From a virus, in the IMG/VR virus record IMGVR_UViG_3300025133_005699, positions 41,811 through 105,810 of that record: a DNA stretch of 64,000 nt. One strand, given 5' to 3'. The position numbers were made by a program, and so were the translations under genes. The notes below the pieces were generated by a model. That model had not been told where the DNA came from. It searched no databases and saw only the letters and a list, made by a program, of their open reading frames with translations. Of the stretch, positions 1-12,700 are shown one piece after another (the stretch's first letter is position 1; every line of letters starts with the position of its first letter).

Positions 1-2
1 TG

Positions 3-3000
3 TTCCAGCCGCGAGGCACAGATACTGTTCCCGCCATGCTTACTCCGGGTGAGTTTGTTATGCAGAAGAGCGCCGTGGATAGTATTGGGTTATCAACCCT
101 AAGTTCTATGAATAGTGGCAAGAAGCCTATCTATAGGCAGGCGGGTGGTCCTGTTACGAGTTGGACGAATTTTAACCAAGAACAACTCAATAAAGGTGTT
201 CAGATATCGCCAGAATTACAGAAGATCCAAGACACTATTTTAAACGGTATAACTAATAGTATTAACAGTATCGATAAGTTAAATTTTGCAGAGCTTAATC
301 CTGCGATTGATGGTAAAAAAATAATAGAGGCCGATACGGGCTGGCCGATGGGCGGAGCGAATTGGAAAAATTTTGAAATGGATACTGGGGCTGGCGGTGC
401 TGTTTTTCTACAAAACGGTGCCTTAGCTAGGGCTGCGCTAAACGATAAGGCGAAGCAGGGGATTAAGGCGTGGAGTCTGCTGGCAACCCCTCTTGGTGCA
501 ATCAATGACCCCCTTCTGATGGCAAACCTTATGTTACAAAAATATGAGGGAAAAGATGCTGCTAGAGCTATCCAAGCCCATAGATTCTTTTACAATAAAA
601 CATATCCGAATGGTGGCCGCATAGGAAACAATAAAAACACGCTCGCTTATGACTGGTGGGATATTGACGAAAATACTGGGACTCGTAATACGCTAACGGC
701 TCTTGTGACCTCTTCAAGTACAGACGACGATACGATTCAGGGGGATATTTCAGGTGGCCTTATTCAAAGCGTAATGGGTTCTGGGCAGATTAGGGACTGG
801 TATAAGGATGGTGGAACAGGCGACTTGGGCTATAAAGATCTCGATAATGTTAAAAATGTGGAACGCACGGGCCCAGCGATGGCAAATATATTTAAGCAAT
901 ATACCGAAAATTCTACATGGCCATGGAAATCACATTCTTCAGATCTATATGGAGGGACTAGTGTAGCCGGTATAAATTATGGACTACCCTATCCTCCTAG
1001 CGAAGAACGTGGATTAATAATTCCAAACCGAGCAACCGCCGGAACCCTTATGGGTAATCCGGGCAAGCAACAGTTTCAATGGTTGAGTGGTTCTCGTTTT
1101 AGGGGGACCAAGTCTGTAGAACAAAACGAAGAGTACTACCGCGCTTTGCTTAAGAGTGGGGAATTTAATGATGTGAAAATGCCGCTCTTCGTTATAGATC
1201 AGCTTGCTGGGGGAGCTATGAAGTCCGCATCTTCTGCTTATGGTAGCTTTTTGCACGACAATTTATTTAACGAAGCAATGCAGGGTCAGCTTAAAGAGTT
1301 TTATACAGACCCAAACGCGGCGACCGCAGAATTTCAAATGGGCAACATAGCCAACGCACTTACAAATGCCGCATATGGTAACTGGTCGGGTACACCCAAC
1401 GCACAGGCTATGCTCAAAGTTGATGGTGCGATATCCGCAATGCCAAACTTTGAGCTAGATACGGCTGCAAAATCTGGGTTTACTGGCGGGCCTTTTGGAG
1501 ACACTGAGGTAGCAAAGGCCTTTAAGGGAAAAGTTGGATACATTCCTTGGAGTCTTCAGCATGAGCCAGTGTTAAATCGCGGACTACTACAGAATCTTAT
1601 GGACATGCAGGCGAATGCCACGGGGAGACTCGCCGCAGCTAACAACATAACTAACGGTTGGGGCGCAGAGTTCACAAACCTTTGGAAGAATAGCGACGCT
1701 GAAAATAAAGGTCAGTCGGCGGAATTTCTCGCAACAAAGATTTCAGAGCTTTTTAATAAGATAGAGGGAGGAAATGATGTTTGGGGAGCACCTCTTTTGG
1801 GTGTCATCAAACAACAACAAGAAGCCGCTGCCGCCGACGCAGCAGCACAAGAAGCCGCCGCTGTGGAAGAGGTTGAAGGTAGGGTCGTGCCAAATCTAGA
1901 TGTTTTCTATGGCGGTGATGCTCAAAAAGCACAGGCTTTACTGACGGCTCTTGGAGAATATCCGGGTCGCGACAAAGCACCAAAAGGTATATATCGAATG
2001 CCAGCATACTCAGGATTACGCGGAGAGGAGGGTGTCATTGATGAAAAAACGGGCAACCCAAGGCGAATCTTCGCCATAACAGATATCAAGCGTAATAAAG
2101 ATCATTTTGATGCAATGTTCCCGTTCTTTAAGGAACTCAGTAACGAGATTTTGGGTATGGCAGGACAGGGCTATATTACGTCAGCTTCTACGGATGGAGG
2201 TGTTGGGTTTAATCCACAGAAAATGGCAGACCTTGGCGGAGGAATAGGTGGGGCGAGTAGGGATGCTCTAGCGCGTTGGTCAACGCTGGAGGATGTATCC
2301 AGTTGGTATGGTAAAGACGGACTCCCAGATAGAGAAGCAGAGAAGATGATTGGCCTGTTTTGGAATTTTAAAAAGGTAAACACAGCTCTTAAAAAGATGC
2401 AGGGAAATGCACGAACAGCAATGCGAATGGCTGAGGAGCAAAATAACGGAATGTGGGCTAGATCTGGCCTGTTTGGTGGCGATGTCAAAAATTATCCAGA
2501 CTGGCTGAAACCCGCACAAAGAAATCAACCAAATCAACGACCAAACCAACAGCCAAACCAACCCCAGCAGATTCCCCAACAAAACGCACAAGGCCAAGCA
2601 TTCGCAACAGGTGGCCCAGTAGGAATAGACTGGTCTCCAAGAGGAACTGACACCGTTCCCGCGATGCTAACACCCGGCGAGTTTGTTATGAAAAAATCCG
2701 CCGTAGACAAGTACGGCATAGGCTTTATGGCTGCTATTAATGAAGGCAGAGGAGGTTCTGGAGGATATATGCACGAAGGTGGTGTTGCTAGTGGTAGTGT
2801 TTCACAGTTTGGCCCACAAGAAGACTTGCGTATCGATAGAGTGTTAAGCAACACGAAAACAACCTCCAACACCGTTAAGAAGATAGCGGGCATGATAACC
2901 AATGTGGACAATAAAACCACTAATCAGGAAGACCTATTAAATAGTTTTAACACAATGAGTGAAGCTGATTCGGCACTTTCCGCCCAAATCCAGTCGGGAC

Positions 3001-3749
3001 TCTCCGCCATACTCAATCAGCGAATAGACCTCCCCGAAGATCTTGGTGAGGGTATTGTTGGTCGTCTAACAGGTGAATTTTTGGCTCAGCTTGGCACCCT
3101 CAGACAGGAGATGGACACAGAGCATACAGACCTAAAGAAACAAAATCGACGAATGCTGAAGCGGACGCGGGGGAATTTCGGTATATTGGCAGGCGCCATA
3201 CCAGCAATGATGAGACCTTTTAATCCGGCGGGACCCCCTCAGTTTATGGCCACGGGAGGTATGGCTAGAGGAACCGACACTGTTCCCGCAATGTTAACTC
3301 CCGGCGAATTTGTAATGAAGAAAAGCGCTGTTGATAAGTATGGCGTAGGCTTTATGAGAAGCCTTAATAATGGTGCCTCTCCTACATCAAGGTCAAGAGG
3401 TGTACAATACCTTAAAAATGGAGACTTGGCAACATCGGGTGGCGGAAACCTCTTTGCGGGGGTCGGAGATATTGTTTCTTCAATTAGTGACTCTTTATCT
3501 GCCTTTACTCAAGCTTTTAGCTTATTTAGTGGGCTTTCTAACCTGCTAAGCAATACAATTAATAGTATGGCAGACATGAACATAACCCATAATATTAACA
3601 TTAATGGAAGCGTAAACATTCCGGGCTTCTCAAAGAGGGCAGTCAAAAAGATAATTAACGCCGTAGTTGAAGAGGTTGTTGATGACGTAGACGCGAAGAT
3701 AGACCAAGCTTTTGCAGAGCGAGACAGGAACAACGAGAACAGAACATAA
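3..3749 (+). CDS. Tail tape measure-like protein, C-terminal part (5'-truncated by window edge)
   Basis: Frame is open from nt 3 (FQPRGTDTVPAM...). Three copies of RGTDTVPAMLTPGEFVMxKSAVD, a motif type common near tape-measure C-termini. Ends with a NININGSV...IINAVVEEV segment and precedes large tail-like genes. Confidence 0.75.
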   Translation, partial: FQPRGTDTVPAMLTPGEFVMQKSAVDSIGLSTLSSMNSGKKPIYRQAGGPVTSWTNFNQEQLNKGVQISPELQKIQDTILNGITNSINSIDKLNFAELNPAIDGKKIIEADTGWPMGGANWKNFEMDTGAGGAVFLQNGALARAALNDKAKQGIKAWSLLATPLGAINDPLLMANLMLQKYEGKDAARAIQAHRFFYNKTYPNGGRIGNNKNTLAYDWWDIDENTGTRNTLTALVTSSSTDDDTIQGDISGGLIQSVMGSGQIRDWYKDGGTGDLGYKDLDNVKNVERTGPAMANIFKQYTENSTWPWKSHSSDLYGGTSVAGINYGLPYPPSEERGLIIPNRATAGTLMGNPGKQQFQWLSGSRFRGTKSVEQNEEYYRALLKSGEFNDVKMPLFVIDQLAGGAMKSASSAYGSFLHDNLFNEAMQGQLKEFYTDPNAATAEFQMGNIANALTNAAYGNWSGTPNAQAMLKVDGAISAMPNFELDTAAKSGFTGGPFGDTEVAKAFKGKVGYIPWSLQHEPVLNRGLLQNLMDMQANATGRLAAANNITNGWGAEFTNLWKNSDAENKGQSAEFLATKISELFNKIEGGNDVWGAPLLGVIKQQQEAAAADAAAQEAAAVEEVEGRVVPNLDVFYGGDAQKAQALLTALGEYPGRDKAPKGIYRMPAYSGLRGEEGVIDEKTGNPRRIFAITDIKRNKDHFDAMFPFFKELSNEILGMAGQGYITSASTDGGVGFNPQKMADLGGGIGGASRDALARWSTLEDVSSWYGKDGLPDREAEKMIGLFWNFKKVNTALKKMQGNARTAMRMAEEQNNGMWARSGLFGGDVKNYPDWLKPAQRNQPNQRPNQQPNQPQQIPQQNAQGQAFATGGPVGIDWSPRGTDTVPAMLTPGEFVMKKSAVDKYGIGFMAAINEGRGGSGGYMHEGGVASGSVSQFGPQEDLRIDRVLSNTKTTSNTVKKIAGMITNVDNKTTNQEDLLNSFNTMSEADSALSAQIQSGLSAILNQRIDLPEDLGEGIVGRLTGEFLAQLGTLRQEMDTEHTDLKKQNRRMLKRTRGNFGILAGAIPAMMRPFNPAGPPQFMATGGMARGTDTVPAMLTPGEFVMKKSAVDKYGVGFMRSLNNGASPTSRSRGVQYLKNGDLATSGGGNLFAGVGDIVSSISDSLSAFTQAFSLFSGLSNLLSNTINSMADMNITHNININGSVNIPGFSKRAVKKIINAVVEEVVDDVDAKIDQAFAERDRNNENRT

Positions 3750-6700
3750 TGGCAACAAAATCACTACATATACAGAATGATCAGACCGACGATGCTGGTG
3801 TATACCAGCGTAACAGGGGTGCGGATCTTTTTATGGAAGCTCCCGGCGGAATTCAGCAGTTTACAAACTTTGACGCCAAAGTTACGTCTTATAACAATAG
3901 TGGTAACGAGGTCAAAGCGGGATTCTTTGATAGCCCATATAGATATAGGGAAGTGTTCAGAACATACGGCAACGCCACCAATATGCCTTTCGAGTATGAG
4001 AATGGCCAGTACTCCCCAAGCGACATAAAGATTCTTGATGATATAGCTATCGTTGCCTATAAAGAGCATAGCCAATCAGTTTATACTGTTAATCAGGAAC
4101 TAGAAGGCGGGCATGTCATTATAAAAGTTACATATGAAAAGACTGGCGAAAAGGTTGAAGCTTTTAGAAGTGTTGATCTTAATAGCGGGTTGGTCATTCC
4201 GGACCTTGGAACCGCAGCTAGAAACTTAACGGAGTTTACTGGTAGCAACGAGATACCGGGCACTAATGCTGGCATAAATGCTGGATATAGTATTCAACCT
4301 ATTGGAGATGTTGCTGATGCTTTGGGGATAGGTCCGACTACTGAGAGTGGAAGTACTGGGCCATGCGCTGATGGTTTAGTAGGGGATACTTGGACTTGGA
4401 ATATGTCCGAAGAGGAGCCGGGATGGACAATAACCTCTCCGGGGGAATGTGCAGCGGCAGGGTGCGGCAGCCTGCCTCCTGCTTATGAGGGGGGGTCTGA
4501 TCTTGAAACAGGAGTAGGGCGTTGTGGTGTGGATGATACGATTGTATATGATCCGTTTGTATCCGATGATGATATCCCGAAGAAGGTTAACGAGGGGGTT
4601 CAAGGTTGCGCAGGTCCGACAATGCCCGCAGACGCACTAGAGAATAAAGACAGCGCAATATTCTTCAGTCAGGTAAAGAACAAAAAGGGCGAAATTATTG
4701 ACGTTCTTCAGGGGCTTGTGGTTGATTTTACACACGGTTCAACACCTGATGACGCAACACTGTTAAGCCTCAAGAGCATGTCTAATGCTAACTTGATATG
4801 GGTAGATGAGTGCTCCGCCGATTACGTGACTTACTATTATAAGGTTCCGGTCCCGCTGTCAGGTTACTACTACCAATACGGACAGAAGACCCAGTGCGGA
4901 AGAGTGGATATTTTTGAGCGGCGTAGCGGGACTATAACAGCTGTTGACGGGAATAAGATTACGGTAACAGGACCAACTGGAGATGGTGAGTTTGATATTC
5001 ATCTGCTGAATGACTACGATAGAATTAAAATTGTTTCTGGGGTAAACGAAACTAAAAAAGATCACCCCCATCCTATTAACGGAATTAAGTACGTTAAACG
5101 ACTTCCTGATTTGTATAATTCTGAAACAGAGAAATATGATATCCCTGTGGATAATCAGTATTATATATATGATGATGAAAACTTAACAATGGAAACAGAG
5201 ACCTCGTCTCTTAGGGGTACCGATGGGCTACTATGGGCTTTTCAGCCGGACGACCCTAACTCTCGCACCGCAATGCCGTGGAGCACCGCTGGTTCGAACA
5301 AAGGCGCAGTTGGGGTTTGGAGATATAAGCAAACATTGTTTTCCCCTCACGGCCTCAACGGAGATGGTGTGATATCTCGCGGGACTACACCCTATATAAA
5401 CGCGATGGGCATAGCGCCAATATCTGATTATGGGGGTGGATATGATGGCGCAATGGAGGACGATATAGAAAGAGTCAGCGATATTCGCAATGCTATGCAT
5501 TTAATGGCGTGGGGATATAGGTTTGGTCAGGCAATAGATATTATAAAACAGCCCGGCACAGATTATTACTGGCTTGCTATTAGCGAGCTGGGGAATATAG
5601 CCAATGCAGATAGTGGAATGACTTATTTTGGGGAGATTCAGACTGTTACTGGCATGAGCCCTGTAGTTAACGTTCCGACTTACGATGAGGAGGGCAAAAT
5701 TAACGGATATATAAAACGAGGTATAGGTCTACAAGCAGCTATTGACTTCGGTCTAGATCCCACAACGAAGGGGCTAGCCACGATATTTATAAATCATGAG
5801 ACTGGTAAATATGATCAATCTATCGACTGGAACAACATAGGAAACTATTCTTACGGCGGGTTCGAGGATGATATAAAAAGCGCGAAGAAGGGTATAACCA
5901 CAACTATTGTTTCTCCCTTTGGGTATCAATCCGTTCCGCCACTTAGCAAAGGATATGGGAAGGTTTGGCTTTACAAGGTAAGCATGAATAGTGCTGACTC
6001 TGCTATTCAGGCAATAGAAACCCCTGAGGAGATTAATGCGGGAACAAGAAATGGTCACGTTTCCTCAACTTCCGTTTTTACAAGGCGCCTGATGGATGTG
6101 TTCGCAACGGTCGGAGGTTTGTACTGGTTTAGAGCATGGATTTCTAACCTTAAGGCTGGACTGACTGGGTCGCCAAAACATTTCAAGACCCATAGAAGTA
6201 ATGTCAACACCGGCAGTTTTGGCACCACGGCTTCTGATCAAATCCATTATAATTTTGGATACCCCGAAAGATGGGCACCTTCATGGATAGATGGAGACGA
6301 AGACGAATATGGAAATCCGGGCGGATTTGATTCGGGTACGGGTGCTGATCTGCCCGACGGCGGTATGATGGGCGGCATGGGTATGGGCGGTGACGGTATG
6401 GGCGGTGACGGTATGGGCGGTGACGGTATGGGCGGTGACGGTGGCGACGGAGTCGAACCTGTCAGTCGTTCCGCTGGTACAAACCTATTGTTTGTTAAGT
6501 CGCAGAAGTTCGTAGCTGAGCTAATTACATATCAAGAAGAGTTCTCAAAAACGTGGGGCGATTCCGACGGGGGTGTTGATTTGTTTCGAGAATGGGTGAT
6601 TCCTTATTATAGGACTAACGAGTCTCCGTTTCACCCCTATCAAACATCCATGAATGCCATGACTAATGGCTTTAAATTCGCTGACGGGTTTGGCTTTAAT

Positions 6701-9700
6701 ATATGTATGAAGGTTGACGATATTACAGATGGAAATAAGCCAATAATAGCTATTGCAAATACGGTATTCCCATATTTACCCAGTATTAGTAGAACGGCGG
6801 ACGCTGCCCTGCAATCAATGCAGCAAGAATTAGATAGGCTTAAAAGGAGGGGGTATGAAGACGCAAACACTCAGAGCTTTATAGACAGACATACCAAAAC
6901 GAATGAGTTTATTACAGACTTTCTTAGTGATGGAAGCGGAGAAGCTATAGATCTTGCCAGTATGGCTAGAAATGGATCAATTTTCATACATAATTGTAAC
7001 CAGCCGGTAAATACTCAGGAGTTAGACTACACGTTAAGAGTCTCCCGGATGGACGCTATCCCCGAAGACCCTCGACTTGGTTGGCTAAATAAGAAATATC
7101 AAGGAAATTATTTTTATGAGTACAACTATTGGTATAGCGATCCCCCATCGATGATGTTTAGAGATGGGTCACTTCTTGTCGGCACAGATGAGGGTCGAAT
7201 TAAAGTGTTTAAAGAGGAGTCTCTATCAACGCATAGATATAAAGCTAAACGGATGCAGAACTATCCGACTCAACACAGTAGGTTTATCACCATTGGCGGC
7301 GTTGATTACCTTCTTCCAGAAAATAAAGCGGCTGGGGGCTTTGCGGGGGGTATGGATACGGGCCAGAGCATAATGGACGGCGATATGGGCGGTGATATGG
7401 GCGGCGGCATGGGCGGCGGCATGGGCGACAACAGCTATATACCAGACACACCCGTAGAGGGTTCGGGCTATAAGTATTTTACCGACGAAGAGAAAAAACA
7501 CATGAAGAAAGGCTTCTGGGCGAATAACGGGATGCTCGGCGATAGCGGCACCTCCGAGGGGGATGTGGATTATCTCGATACGTGGGTATGGAACGCGGGC
7601 CCGGGTGGCTACGACTACATGATAGACAGCGGTGTAACTGGATGGGCCAGCCTCCAGAGCCTCCTCGACGCTGGGCATGGCAGAGAAAGTTATGCTCCCG
7701 CTGGTTTTGTACCAATGATAACGGAAGATGATAAACCGGCAGATTATGTTTCCGTTTATCGCAATTACTCTCACTACTATATCAATCCTACTAGCGATGT
7801 TCTCACGACCCCTATTATGCCAGTGGGTGAACGTTTCATGCACACAGCAACCATATCCAAAGACAGGCACCCTGCTTATACTCTTGAGAACCAGAAAGAC
7901 CCAAGGGTTCTACCCAAAGACGAAAGGAATATATTACTTGGTCAGCCTTTTGGGTATCTATTTAGATGTGATAATGGACTTCTCGTTACTCACGGAGCTT
8001 CTTATACTAACGAGTTTGATATTGAGGGCAAGAGTCTAGCCCATAGGTTATATCTATACGAGGTAAATAAGGATGGGTTTTTTGACTTCTTCCAGAAGAT
8101 AACTCCGGCTACTAGCAATATGGCCAATGGGCTTATTCCCACAAACGGCATTCAGAATAAATACAATAGAGATGGCAATACTACTAGATATCGCACATTA
8201 GATATTCCAAAAGAATCTGTACCAAATTATGTCAATATCTTTCCCGAAGGATCTATAACTTTTGAAGAGAAGATAGAAGAAAGCAGAACAATAGCATACC
8301 TAATGAAAAATATGTATGACGTTCTGTCTGGGATGGTGGTATTGATGACTCCTTACGGGAATGCCGTATTTAGCGATAGCGGAGCCTCTAAGAGCTATGA
8401 TTTTATTAGCGACCACAGAAGCTCTCAGGTGTCTCCGTATTTCTCATTCACAGAAGAGTTTAATGCAAAAAATCCATATAACCTTAACAATATGTACTCA
8501 TATCGTGAGGGTCTTGGCATTGATTACCCCGCAAATATCTATGATGTAAATGATGAGCATAGCGGCCTATGTGCCTTCTATAACATAGAAACCAGCTCAT
8601 CACAATATAACTCAATTAGAATATTAAAAAGTGTAATATTTACAATTGATGTAGAAGAAAATACCACCCTTAAGGGTGCGGATGACTCTGACATTGCACA
8701 AGTTTTGCCGATTTTAACATTCTATAAAGACGACCCTAGAAAGACAATAACACAAACGGCAGTTGCTGATGCGATGGGGGGCGGAACCAAGCTGCCTTAT
8801 GGGCCTAATTCGGTTTACAATCCTAACTCGCCACACAGCCCTCTCTACGCCGATGGACTTCAAGATAGCGCAGCCCTAATAAAATATCCTACTTATCGCA
8901 GAACCAGTGTTGCTGGAGATCAGGGTTGGCGCGCAACAGTAGTCATAGATGGGCCTACTCTGTCCGCTCTTTCCGCGCATGGGTCGTTAATTAAGAATTC
9001 TAACGACAACAAGACTATTCTTTATAATGATGGAAATGGATATACAGATGGGTCTTACAGTCAAACGTTTGATGATGTAAACAAAGCTAGCTTTGATTCT
9101 AGGGCTCAGGTTGAAAGCACTTTAGTTGTAGGTCTGATGTCTCATAACACTCAAACTTCAGACTTTGACGGAATCTATAGAACGAAGTGGGTAGCTGGGG
9201 ACGAGAATAAAGGAACGTGGGGTCAAGAACTTAACTATATCCCATACAGTAAGCCATTTGATATTTCCTCCAACGTGCACTCATTTATAAATAAAGCTAA
9301 AATATCATCCGTTAAGCTTGCTTACAATGACTATGATCTTGGAGATATAAGGAGGTTTCGGTGTGCATCTTTCCGTGAGAATCAACACTCACCATCTGTT
9401 TTTTTTACGCGCCTTGAGGGAAATGATGCTCCGACAAAATTTGCACAGCCGGGCACTGAAGGGTTTTTAAGAATGGGAAGATCTAAAACCCCTGCGCTTT
9501 TTGATATAGAAGGTACAGTTCTTGGTGGCACAAATAGTGAATCTATACAGATAGTACAATCTGCTAGTTATGATTTTTGGGGTGAATGGGCCGTTAATTA
9601 CGTTGCGGATTACGTTAGTCACTCTTCAGATATTCAAAAACCAGAGTTCTTAAGTCTCTCAATATACTCTGCACCCCAAAGCTCTAAAAGCTTTAATATG

Positions 9701-12700
9701 TCAACATCTGGTCATGTTGTTTCTAGTGGATTGGCTCCTACTTACATAGGCGGTGTCGCGAGTCATTCTGATAGTATGCCACTCAAAATTGGATCTACTC
9801 CAGCTGTGAATTATCTGGGGTTATCTCTTCCTGTTCCGCTTGGATTTAGATGTGGCGGAACATCTCTGTTTACCCCAACAGCATTTGGTAACACCATAGT
9901 TAGCGGTATGTCGGCTCAATTTCCGGGCGGAACTGGCGTAAATAAAGGTGTGGCGCTATCTGTAGGTATGCCTTATAGTAGTGGAGGAATGAGGCTTGCA
10001 ATGGGTCAGCCACATTTAGGTAGTGGCAATATGAATGTTGCAATGTCTGGAGTGTATGGCTCCTATAATAGCATACCATGCATAGAGGGGAATTTATATC
10101 TTAACGCTACTCATGTCGATAACGCCAATATACCTTTAAACTTAGGTAGGCTTTCAGATAGTGGAAATATGCCACTATACATGAGAACACCAGACCCTGC
10201 GTCCGGAGTCATGAACCTAACCATTAATACAGAACCATTTAATAGCAATAACGCTTCATATCCATCTGGGCTTCATCTTCACCAAAAGGGGTTTGCAGAA
10301 AAGACAGCAAATACAAGCCTGTATATTGGTGAGCAGGCTAGTGCGGGCTCTGCACCTCTGTTCTTAATGCAGCCACACAGGCTTCCGTTTATAGACCCAC
10401 AGTCACCGCCAACATTTGAGGGTGATGACACAATGCAGATACCCAATCTTTATGTGTCTGGAGCCGCTGTTCCTACTGCTAATAGTTTAGATGATAATTT
10501 TCATCATCAAAAACAGATCGTTCGGGAAAATTCACAGCTTGACTATAGCTCTAACGCAGAGTCTATTATTTCTTACAATAGCTCGAACTCTCTATCTAGG
10601 AATGCATTTATTCCAAACGGGTCACATGACTATGGCGTAAAAAGGATTTCTAAAGTCGGAAGCAGTCTAGAAAGCTATAACGGGTTGGGCACAACCTCTT
10701 TCTATAACAATGAAATGTCTAGGCAGGCAATAGATTCAAATGGAACATATTTAGCGGTTGGCACGAATTCTAGCCTCGTGTCCAATATGCCACCTTTGCA
10801 GATTTTTAATATTTTAGATGAAAGCTCTGTCAAGTTAGCATATACATACACTGAGTTTAAGGAAGACCTTGTAGATTTGAGCATTTCTAATGCTAGTGAG
10901 GTTATGTTTTATTATAAAGACGTTAAGATCTCACCAGAAAATAAAATAGCAGTTTCCGTAAGGGCTCAGTTTAATGAGTATATTTCTGATATGATATTCA
11001 TATTAGAGGAAAAAGCGTTCGATAGATTATCAACAACAAAAAATGCTTTTGATGAGTGCGCAATAAAGCCTCAAAAAAGACTTAACGTTACCATCGAATC
11101 TTTCAAGAGGTGGAAAATCACATCAGCATTTACTTCTAGCTCTTGGAAAAAAACGACCAGCGTAGATAAGATTCTGAATAGGGTTATGGGCGAATCTATA
11201 TCTTGGAAGGGTGAAGACCTATACTACGGAAAACAAAGTACGCGGTTTGCCAATATTTACGCTAGGTATGAATCGGATGATTATGCAACAGAAAACAAAG
11301 CGTTTGGATTCAACCAGACGCGCGACGCTGCGGGATACAACAGCAATATAAACAATATACCAGCAGGAACAAAAACTGGATTTGGATCAAAAATTCAGCT
11401 TGCGGGAGACTTCGCTTTTGTTGGTGCTCCACTGCTCGACCCATACATTGCAAACAATAATCTTTCTGCTGTTAATGCCGCATCGCCAGATGGAGCCGTT
11501 TACATATTCAAATATGATAGTGGGTGGTCGTATGTTGATGCAATTTATAGTGGCGGATTAATCTCTTCTGCTATTGCAGGAGTGGATAGTTGTGCTTATG
11601 ATGCAAAACTGTTTGGTTATGATTTAGATTATGATTCTAAGTCTGGATACCTATCTGTGGGTGAACCAATGTCTAATACAGTATATCAGTTTAATATCAA
11701 CGCTGCGGGAACGCCTTCGCTATTGAATTCTTACTCTAGTACAGACAGCAAGTTTGGAACTTTTGTTAATTCTGTATCGGCAGGACTGATAACAAATACA
11801 AAGTCTAAAATACAAGATGTAGTATATTCTCAAGATTTTGAGTTCTCAACAGAAGAAATAGAATCCGAAATTCAGCAATATGTACCCGGCATCAATGTTA
11901 TAAACAGCGTTTCTCACGAGATAGTGTCAGTCCAGAAGGCTACCCTTATCGGTGAAGAAAAGCTATTGGTGACGCGAGATTTTGAGGTCAATTACGGTGC
12001 TGGAAGAATCAAGAAAATACAAAAGATATCACTCTTGGACCTGCGAGATATAAACGGCACGCTGTATATCTCTGGCCCATCACCCGTTTCTGATTCACTA
12101 AACCTAAGTGTTCTCATTCCTTCGGGAGGGGCTACTGGAGATTTAGGTATAACATTCGGGTCAATCGGGACTGGCGTCGCGATGCCATTACATCTAACTA
12201 ATTATATTGGTAGTGGAGAAGCTCCTCTATATATGAGGGCACCATTACAGCATCCTCAAACCCTCTATATGAGCGCTGACTTTACACCGGCTACATCAGA
12301 GTCTTCATTAGTTACGGCAGGGCCACTTTATGCTAGCAACGCTTCTGATCTTAGTATTGAGGGCAAAACTGCTCGGGACTTGTCTTCCTCAGTATTTGTT
12401 CTTGGGGGAAGAGAAGGGGGCGGAGGAATGGCTCAAATGGGCGTGAATATGAGGATTGCTCAGGTTGATCTTTATCCTACATCTGGCCAGCAAGATGTTT
12501 TAATTACTGGTATCGGACATGGAACCGGAAATATCACGGGCAGTCCTTCTCTTTGGCTTGGTGCTGGGGATTATGGGCCTGCTAGCGGAACAACCTTCAT
12601 GAGAATGGAAGCACCTCCATCGGCAGAGGTTAGTGCTTCTAAAGGCTTGGCAATCATTACAGATCCCGCGTCGGGAGTAGCTGAGAACACAGCCACCCTA

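Noticed and set aside
6380-6439. Tandem repeat as a CRISPR array
   Set aside because: No spacers; it is an in-frame coding microsatellite. The Cas4-like gene has no cas neighbours.
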